DNA of 64,000 nt from an uncultured candidate division Zixibacteria bacterium (lineage in GTDB: Bacteria; Zixibacteria; MSB-5A5; RBG-16-43-9), in NCBI GenBank assembly GCA_963713865.1, contig OY970208.1, positions 1,792,001 through 1,856,000 of the forward strand. Reading direction: 5' to 3'. Positions 9,390 through 17,600 of the stretch are shown in pieces; the stretch's first letter is position 1; each line of letters opens with the position of its first letter. The position numbers and the translations under genes were made by a program. The notes beneath the pieces are model-generated. The model saw nothing but the letters and a program-made list of their open reading frames with translations, did no database searches and had not been told where the DNA came from.

Positions 9390-11090
9390 TTACAAATGAC
9401 AGGGTTCGGGACCTCCTTTAAAAAGGTAGTTTATAAGATAAACTACATCTGAAACGGTAACTTTTTGGTCAAGATTGACATCGGCTGATGCTGAGGGATA
9501 AGGTTCAGGTCCTCCCTTAAAAAGATAATTAATCAAGAAGACAACATCTGTAACATTTACTAAATTATCGCGGTTAGGATCCCCACATACAAGAGAGCCT
9601 ACTGTAACATGCCATTCCTTAGAGTCTACTAAAAGATTCTGAGGGTCATCTAAGACCATATCAGTAGAATCAAAAACTGTTCCTTTAATATTGAAATAAC
9701 CAGCAGAAGAGCTTGAAAAGTTAAATTGGTTATCTGAGGATTTTAATTGGTCGTTTACAAACCAGTTTACCTTCAAAGAATGAGTATTAGGTATCAACGT
9801 AGCAAGTTCAAATGGTATAACTGTTAAAGTATCAATACTTAAAGTGTCAGTTGAAGGAGAGTAGCTGTCATATCCCGCTACTCTTTTATATATGGATTTA
9901 ACGGTCTGTTCCCGACAAACTACACAGTAGTCTATTTGTAAAGACCTCATCATACAGGCATCATAGGTAGGGCGGTAAAGATTATTATAAGAGCATCCAA
10001 GATAAGTACCAACCCCGGGGTAACCAATAGTTATCCAGCTCTGCCATCCAGGTTGTGATGAACTAACGTCGCAATTGCAGTTTGACACATTGCCTGGATA
10101 ATTTCCATATAGATATTCATCTGCTAAATAAGCAAAACTATGACCTAACTCATGCATATATACATAAGGTCCCCAGTAACCATTGTAACTTGTGAGATAA
10201 TCGCCACCACTGCCACCATAAGTAGGGTCGTTTACAAGAACTGCAATTTCATCATACCAGGGAACAGACTGCGCTGCAGCATATACGCTTTCATCCTCTG
10301 CACAAATCAATCTGTCAATCCCGGCACACCCGTAATATGTTCCCAGAGCGGTATTGTGATAGACTGGCGGATTAGCTTCAGGATGGTCGGAGCCACTTTC
10401 TTGAGAAATCACCTTAACTTTATATACATTGAAATAGGTGCTGTATTCATTATACGGCGAGACAGAGCTAAACATAAAATTTATATAGTCTTTTACATCA
10501 CTGGTGTAGAGAGCTGTGTCATTAATAGTATATCCATCCCCTAAGAAGACAATATCTATACGGTTGGATGGGTCTCCATTATACATTATGGTATCTACTT
10601 CCCACATTGGATAAAGAGGGGTTTTGTGAACTTGTGCAGCAATCTTGTCCAAATCTGTTTGAGATATTTTAGCGCCTTTTGAATCAAAAATATAAAGATG
10701 TTTTGCATCAGTCAGATAAGGGATTCTGATTTTGAAAAGTTTTTGGTCCTTAAAAATTATCCCACCACTTAAGACTAAAGATGATGTATCCAAGAGGTCA
10801 TAAAATATTATTCTTGGGTCTCTAAAATAGGTCTGAAATAACAGTTTACCCTCTTGTGAATGGATTTCAATTTTATAACCATCTTGTAGAAATGTGGATT
10901 GTAGGGCTGAAGTTGAAATTAATATTGCTTCTTTTGATCTTAGCTCACCGTTATCTAAATTGAAATAAAGGTCAAGGGATTTACGACTGTTTTCAGTTGA
11001 TTGAGAAGCTGAAGGTAAAAAAATAAAAAACAGTGCTAAATAGAAAATCAGAAGAGCAAAGTAATTTTCAACTCGAATGAGCAGCTTCAT
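9390..11090 (-). CDS. secreted M64 (IgA-peptidase-like) metallopeptidase with C-terminal dockerin
   Basis: RIDIVFLGDGYT, HELGHSFAYLADEY, CMMR...CVVC; duplicated DxNxDxxVxVxDVVxLINYLFKGGP. Confidence 0.88.
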   Translation of the reverse strand: MKLLIRVENYFALLIFYLALFFIFLPSASQSTENSRKSLDLYFNLDNGELRSKEAILISTSALQSTFLQDGYKIEIHSQEGKLLFQTYFRDPRIIFYDLLDTSSLVLSGGIIFKDQKLFKIRIPYLTDAKHLYIFDSKGAKISQTDLDKIAAQVHKTPLYPMWEVDTIMYNGDPSNRIDIVFLGDGYTINDTALYTSDVKDYINFMFSSVSPYNEYSTYFNVYKVKVISQESGSDHPEANPPVYHNTALGTYYGCAGIDRLICAEDESVYAAAQSVPWYDEIAVLVNDPTYGGSGGDYLTSYNGYWGPYVYMHELGHSFAYLADEYLYGNYPGNVSNCNCDVSSSQPGWQSWITIGYPGVGTYLGCSYNNLYRPTYDACMMRSLQIDYCVVCREQTVKSIYKRVAGYDSYSPSTDTLSIDTLTVIPFELATLIPNTHSLKVNWFVNDQLKSSDNQFNFSSSSAGYFNIKGTVFDSTDMVLDDPQNLLVDSKEWHVTVGSLVCGDPNRDNLVNVTDVVFLINYLFKGGPEPYPSASADVNLDQKVTVSDVVYLINYLFKGGPEPCHL

Positions 11091-11296
11091 TCCTTAACCT
11101 ACTTTTGACAATACAAATTATGTCTTGAAGTATAATAATCAAAAATTTTAATTTGTCAAGTAAATTCTGTAAAACAAACTTGAATAGGCAAACTCAATTT
11201 TAATGTATTTAATTTAATCAATGATATAATTTTCAGAGAGAGCGGGGGGACAATTAACAAATATCTATACACCATTTAGTAATATTGTCCTGCGGG

Positions 11297-11382
11297 CAAA
11301 ATTAAAGAGGGTGTTAAGCTCTGTATGGGTAGAGGGGGGCTAGGAACTACCCGAAGTTACAGGGCACACCCTCGTTTTTTCT
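11297..11382. ncRNA. putative structured small RNA, copy 2
   Basis: GAGGGTGT/ACACCCTC, GCTCTGTA/TACAGGGC, TGGGTAG/CTACCCG stems with G6/C6 loop; pairing kept despite changes from copy 1. Confidence 0.55.
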
Positions 11383-11395
11383 TTTTACTAAAATT

Positions 11396-11463
11396 AATAT
11401 AAGTTACTGAAAAAATCTGACAATAAGGTAATTACCCTATTTTATTTTAAGGTATCTCCTACA
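11396..11463 (-). promoter_or_regulatory. minus-strand sigma70 promoter with abutting NarL/LuxR-type inverted repeat
   Basis: TTGTCA-16-TATATT (11423-11396); palindrome ATAAGGTAATTACCCTAT at 11423-11440; related TAAGGTATCTCCTACA at 11448-11463. Confidence 0.5.
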
Positions 11464-11522
11464 TATATTTTAGCAATTTTTAAGAGCATTAAATTGAAAA
11501 TTATGGTTAATACAGAATAAAA

Positions 11523-12185
11523 TCATTTTTTAGTATGCAGATCTGTTATCCCTTTACGAATAGCATACTTTACTAATTGAGCTACTTCATGAATATCTAA
11601 TTTCTCCATAATATGAGAGCGGTGAGCATCCACTGTCTTGGCACTGATAAAAAGTTTAGCCGCCACTTCTTTATTGGTATATCCTTCGGCAATCAACTGC
11701 AGTATTTCTCTTTCCCTTGAGGTTAAGAGGGTATAAGGTTCTTTTTCTGCCCTTTCAGTTTTTCCAAGAGAAGCTTCTATAACTGATCTGGAAATAGAAG
11801 GGCACAGATAGTATTGATTGTTATAAACTGCGCGAATGGCAGAAACCAGTTCCTCAACTGCAACATCTTTTAAAACATACCCGGAAGCACCAGAGTGAAG
11901 TGCCTGGAGCACGTATTCATCATCCCGGTACATAGTCAAGATTAGTATTTTTACCTCAGGAAGTTTCTTTTTTATCTGCCTGGTGGCTTCAAATCCATTT
12001 AGATTAGGCATACCGATATCCATCAGAACTACATCTGGTTTGAGCCTAAAAGTTTCTTTTAAAGTTTCCGGACCATCACTGGTTTCACCTATCACCTCAA
12101 TATCTAGTTGAGATGCAAGCAGGGAACGAATTCCCTGTCTCAATATCTTGTGATCATCAGCAATCAGTATTTTTATTTTACTCAA
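11523..12185 (-). CDS. NarL/LuxR-family response regulator
   Basis: REC domain (ADDH, MDIGMP) and LTSREREILQLIAEG...KTVDAHR HTH. Confidence 0.93.
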   Translation of the reverse strand: MSKIKILIADDHKILRQGIRSLLASQLDIEVIGETSDGPETLKETFRLKPDVVLMDIGMPNLNGFEATRQIKKKLPEVKILILTMYRDDEYVLQALHSGASGYVLKDVAVEELVSAIRAVYNNQYYLCPSISRSVIEASLGKTERAEKEPYTLLTSREREILQLIAEGYTNKEVAAKLFISAKTVDAHRSHIMEKLDIHEVAQLVKYAIRKGITDLHTKK

Positions 12186-14491
12186 TTAATCTCCTTCCAA
12201 GGAAGAGATATGTCTAATTTAGTGCCTCTTCCTTTATTTGAAATGATTTTAAATTTTCCTCCTAAAAGCTCTGTGTTTTCTTTCAGCCTGAACAAACCGA
12301 AACCGTGAACATATGGTAAATTCTCAAGTTCAAACCCGACTCCATTGTCTTGAATTATTATACGTGTAATGTTACCTTTTTTATAAAGAGAAACAGATGC
12401 CCGCTTTGCCTGGGAATGTTTTGCCACATTGGTTAAACCCTCCTGGATTATACGATAGATAGTGGTTTCAAATTCCGGAGGAAACTTATAATCCAGCTTT
12501 GGTATTTTAACTTTTATTTTAAGATTAGTTCTTAACTGGAAGCTGTCTATATACCAGCGAATGGTTGAAACAAGTCCAAAATGATCTAAAATAGGAGGCC
12601 GCAGATCTGAAGTTAAATTACGAACATTTTCCAGACTCTGAGAGGCTAATTTCTCGCATTCTTCGAGCTTATCTCTTATCAGAGTTTGTTGGTCTGAGAG
12701 AGTGCGCTGGCACATCTTCAAGTCAAATTTGATAGCGGTTAAATCCTGGGCGATTACATCATGTAATTTACCAGCCAGGATTTTTCTTTCATCTTCCTGT
12801 GCATTTATGATCCGGAGTGAGAGTTTCTCTAATTCCTTAGAATGCTTTTTCGAAAGCTCCATCAAACGGGCATTTTCAACTGCCATGGAAAGCTGGTTAG
12901 CTATGGCTTGGGCTAATTTTATTTCAGATTCTGTGAACTCATATTTTTTTGTGATGCTATTTAGGGCTAGGACCCCTAATAATTTGCCTTCTAAAATGAA
13001 AGGAATAGAGAGGACCGATTTAATACTTCTTTCCCTGAAATATTTCTTTTCTCTGGAAGAGAGAGAAGATTTAGCTACATCTAAGACGCTGAATATTTGC
13101 CTTGTCTTGATTCGTTTGATAATATCAGGAAAATCCTCTACACTTTTTGGATAATTCTCAAGTTTGGGTAGATGCTTAACCCTGGAAAAGTGGGTAAACA
13201 AAAGGTGATCACCTGTATTCTGATCAATTATCATCGATACAGCACGGTCCACTCCTAACAATTCGACAGTCTTTTTAGTAACTAATCTGAAAAGTTTTTT
13301 TAAGTCTAATGTTTGTGATAGGGCTTTGCTGATTTCTAAAAGAATACTCTGTTCATTAAATTGCTTTTCTAAAGCCTCAGATTGCTTTTGTATTTGTGTG
13401 CTTTTCTCCTGGAGATCCTGCATTAGTTTGGCATTTTCTATAGCTAAAGAAGCCAGATTAGCAATAGTCTGGCAAAGCTTTATCTCCGAGTCAGCAAAGA
13501 GATGGTAATCTTTTATTCTGCTTACCTGAAGAACTCCAGTCATCTTTCTGTCAGAGGAAAGTGGTAGTATCAGAGTAGATTTTATCCCGCTATCACGTAA
13601 ATATTTTCGAGCCCCGGGGGTTAGTGAGGTTGATAAAATATCTTCAGTTATGAAGAAGTTCTTTTTTTGAAGTTGTTTGTAGATATAAGGGAAATTAGCT
13701 AATGTGTATTTTCTCCCCACGTAGAAAGAACCATCTTTACCTTTTCCGAAGGATACAACTTCTCTGGAAATGTAGATTGATCTTATAACTCCCTGCTTTT
13801 GTCCTGGCTCGAAAGTGCTAATTGTGCACCGGTCCATTTTCAGGAGTTCGCAGGTTTTTTGAGTAATGAGGTTGAAAAGTTCCTGCAAATTTAAAGTCTG
13901 GAAAAGGGATTTGCTGATATTCAGAATAGCATTTTGCTGGTCATATTTATTTTTTATATCCTTTAAGAGATTAGCGTTCTTAATTGCTATCCCTACTTGA
14001 TTGGCTATGGTACAGCAGAGGTTTATGTCTGACGAGGAGAAAGGAGTTAAATTCTCGACTTTACTTAGATGAAATGCACCTAAAGGTTTCCGGTTTATAA
14101 AAATAGGAATCGCTAAAAAAGTTTTCATATTTAAATATTTAAAGAGCTTTTGCTCTTCGGGGGTAAATTTGGCCTTGTCATGAATAAAAAGATGAGCTAC
14201 TTTTCCACTCATAAGTTTTTGAGCAATGTGAGGGTATTGAATTACCTTAAACTTCATACCATTAATTGAAGGATAGGTAATCTTTTTACGATAAGTATAA
14301 ACAATCTCATGAGCATCTCTTGCAGTATTGAGCAATCCTATGGAACAACGGTCAGCCTTGAGAGCTTGGGCAGTCATTCTACAGGACATCTCAAGGATTT
14401 CATCTAAATTTAATGTCCGAGAGACTGCCTGGCTTATCTTTAGAACTGTATCGAGTTTTTTTTCTTTTGGAATTTGAAAACTTTTATCCAT
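12182..14491 (-). CDS. cytoplasmic triple-GAF sensor histidine kinase (HisKA_3/NarX-like)
   Basis: Three GAF repeats; EDERKILAGKLHD, QEGLTNVAKHS, DNGVGF, GFGL, GRGT. Confidence 0.9.
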   Translation of the reverse strand: MDKSFQIPKEKKLDTVLKISQAVSRTLNLDEILEMSCRMTAQALKADRCSIGLLNTARDAHEIVYTYRKKITYPSINGMKFKVIQYPHIAQKLMSGKVAHLFIHDKAKFTPEEQKLFKYLNMKTFLAIPIFINRKPLGAFHLSKVENLTPFSSSDINLCCTIANQVGIAIKNANLLKDIKNKYDQQNAILNISKSLFQTLNLQELFNLITQKTCELLKMDRCTISTFEPGQKQGVIRSIYISREVVSFGKGKDGSFYVGRKYTLANFPYIYKQLQKKNFFITEDILSTSLTPGARKYLRDSGIKSTLILPLSSDRKMTGVLQVSRIKDYHLFADSEIKLCQTIANLASLAIENAKLMQDLQEKSTQIQKQSEALEKQFNEQSILLEISKALSQTLDLKKLFRLVTKKTVELLGVDRAVSMIIDQNTGDHLLFTHFSRVKHLPKLENYPKSVEDFPDIIKRIKTRQIFSVLDVAKSSLSSREKKYFRERSIKSVLSIPFILEGKLLGVLALNSITKKYEFTESEIKLAQAIANQLSMAVENARLMELSKKHSKELEKLSLRIINAQEDERKILAGKLHDVIAQDLTAIKFDLKMCQRTLSDQQTLIRDKLEECEKLASQSLENVRNLTSDLRPPILDHFGLVSTIRWYIDSFQLRTNLKIKVKIPKLDYKFPPEFETTIYRIIQEGLTNVAKHSQAKRASVSLYKKGNITRIIIQDNGVGFELENLPYVHGFGLFRLKENTELLGGKFKIISNKGRGTKLDISLPWKEIN

Positions 14492-14621
14492 CTTTATTTA
14501 ACAAATGAACTAAAGTTATATAGTATTTTAACGGTGATTTGTCAATGACAAAAACTTTATAAAATCTGATAAAAACTTTAATTTCTGAAGTCGATAAAAA
14601 TCTTGTAGGTTCACACAAAAT

Positions 14622-14652
14622 AAAAAAGGAGCGAAATTTCCCGCTCCTTTTT
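14622..14652. terminator. intrinsic terminator downstream of the giant minus-strand gene
   Basis: AAAAAGGAGCG-aaatttcc-CGCTCCTTTTT. Confidence 0.75.
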
Positions 14653-14672
14653 AACTTAGTTTCTTAAATTTA

Positions 14673-17600
14673 TTATTTCATCAAGCACATCTTTCTGGTC
14701 TGGCTGTAATTTCCAGCAGTCAGTTTATAGAAATAGATACCAGAGGCAACTCTTTCATCTGAGCTATTGATTCCATCCCAGATTACTGTGAAAGTACCAG
14801 CTGGAAGGTTAGCATCTATCACGGTCTTAACTATTTGACCGGATAGATTGTATATTTTTAAGCTAACCCGAGAATCCTCAGGCAGAGCAAAACTGATGTT
14901 GGTAGTCGGGTTGAAAGGGTTAGGATAGTTGGGATACAGCGCGAAAGCAGTCGGGATAACCTTGTTGACCAAAGTGGTTTTCACCGGTCTGCCAAAGTTG
15001 TCAACTGCTTCGATCTTATCCAGCGTAGCTCCGGAAACGGTAAGCAGTTCACCAGTTAAGCCAGCGCCGGAGTTCATATAAACCAGAACTTTCATGTTAC
15101 CATCTACTACACCCTGTTCGAACGTCAAGTTGGAGCTGACTTTGCCCTCACCCTTGAAGGTAAACAGAGCTGCACCCAGATTAGCATTAGTAGAAACTTT
15201 GCCCTGGGATACATAGATGGTAGCTAAATCTGAACCTGGAGTCGGTTTCGGTATTGCGGAAGCATCATTCAGAATTATCCTTATCATAAGAATGAAGTCG
15301 GACAAGGAGAGCGGGTACCCGTCAGCATTGATATCGGTGTTGGCAATCTGAACTGGAGGATCGATGGTGAACACGCTGGTGCCATAGATGAAGTAGCTGG
15401 AGAACAATGTCAAGTCTGCTGGGTCATAAGCTATCAGGTTGAGGTTGATATCACCTCTCACCTTCTTGCCTGTGGTGCATATCAAAACACCTCCACAGGG
15501 CTCAAAGCAAACCCTATTCAAGACCTCATTTCCTGGATGATACTGAGTATCGCATTCCGCATAATTGAATTCTTCCGGATTAGAGGAAACATACAGAATA
15601 TATCCAGTTGGATCTGAGAAAGTGTTTTGAGTACACTCCCCTTCGTCCCATTCAAAACATACATTGGTGAAGAAGCCTCTAAGGTTGTTATCATTAGCCA
15701 CCTTAAATTTTACTCTGGCTAATTCTACATAATCTGAGTTAGGTTCTATCGGTATGCCTGCATGCAAATCTTTAATATCGTAAAACCCTAAGAGGAGAAG
15801 TTTATATTTACAGCATCCACACATAGGGCAGGGGAGCTGTCGATAAGTGAAATACTCCCAGTCAGCGGAAAGTCCATCTCCACGAGTAACATTCAAGAAA
15901 TAGAAAATGGTGGGGTCGAATTCAATCCTTAGATCAAATCCACCTATAGGCGTTGAGGTTTTGAGCAAAATCGGTACGGAGACTGTATCTCCAGGATTTG
16001 CACAATCGACTTCACCGATTTTGACATAGATGTCACAGGCGCAATTCTGGACAGTTACATAAACCGTGTCTATTACGTATGCTCCACAATGATCTGTAAC
16101 TCTGAATACCACCTTATGAGGATTGTTTAAGGTGTCTGAAGGAGATGGTATCCAGGACCATTCTCCCGTTAAAGGTGGTTTTCCATTACGTGGAGGGAAA
16201 TCACCCACGCCGGAGAGTTTTTCTAAAGTGATGTTATAGTCTTTATCCGGATCGTCTCCCTTCACAGCGAATTTAGCTGTATCACCCAGGCAGGCACTTA
16301 TAGTCTGAGGCACAACAAGGGTTGGTAGACTATTAATGGTTATAATCCAGGTAGCGGTATCATAATCCGCAGCTCCACACCCATTGGTTACCTTATATAC
16401 ATAATTATAAGTTCCAGATGAGGTGATATTGAATTGCACATTAGCTGAGACATTATTGACACCTTTCTTGGGTGTTGGTATCCCTGAACCTTCTAAGGTT
16501 ATGGTATCTCCAGGATCCGGATCAGTAGCAGTCACGGTGAATCCGATAACTCCGGAAGTACATAGGAATTTAGTTGAATCCGGGCTGGTAACAACCGGCG
16601 GGCTGTTTACGGACTTGTTGACTATAACGGTATCCTTGTCTAAGGCACCGCAGGAGTCGGTTACCGTTACGATGATGATATCCGGCACAGAAGTAGTAGC
16701 AGTATAATAGACTGAATCGCCGGACAGCGTGCCCTTATTGGTACTCTTAGACTGGATGTTGTTGTCGGTATCAGAGAAAGTAAACGGCTTCACGCTAATC
16801 GTAGCCGGCAGTGAGCAGAGGGCGATATTTTTATCAGCCGGGCTGGTAACAACCGGCGGGCTGTTTACGGACTTGTTGACTATAACGGTATCTTTGTCTA
16901 AGGCACCGCAGGAGTCGGTTACCGTTACGATGATGGTATCCGGCACAGAAGTAGTAACAGTATAATAGACTGAATCGCCGGACAGCGTGCCCTTATTGGT
17001 ACTCTTAGACTGGATGTTGTTGTCGGTATCAGAGAAAGTAAACGGCTTCACGCTAATCGTAGCCGGCAGTGAGCAGAGGGCGATATTTTTATCAGCCGGG
17101 CTGGTAACAACCGGCGGGCTGTTTACGGACTTGTTGACTATAACGGTATCCTTGTCTAAGGCACCGCAGGAGTCGGTTACCGTTACGATGATGGTATCCG
17201 GCACAGAAGTAGTAACAGTATAATAGACTGAATCGCCGGACAGCGTGCCCTTATTGGTACTCTTAGACTGGATGTTGTTGTCGGTATCAGAGAAAGTAAA
17301 CGGCTTCACGCTAATCGTAGCCGGCAGTGAGCAGAGGGCGATATTTTTATCAGCCGGGCCAGTAACAACCGGCGGGCTGTTTACGGACTTGTTGACTATA
17401 ACGGTATCCTTGTCTAAGGCACCGCAGGAGTCGGTTACCGTTACGATGATGGTATCCGGCACAGAAGTAGTAGCAGTATAATAGACTGAATCGCCGGACA
17501 GCGTGCCCTTATTGGTACTCTTGGACTGGATGTTGTTGTCGGTATCAGAGAAAGTAAACGGCTTCACGCTAATCGTAGCCGGCAGTGAGCAGAGGGCGAT

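Noticed and set aside
9173-9421. 82-aa plus-strand ORF
   Set aside because: Runs through palindromes and the structured element, overlaps the peptidase end, and has no protein-like features.
9209-11382. Direct repeats as integron attC sites or IS ends around the peptidase gene
   Set aside because: No RYYYAAC/GTTRRRY core ends, no integrase, no target-site duplication seen.
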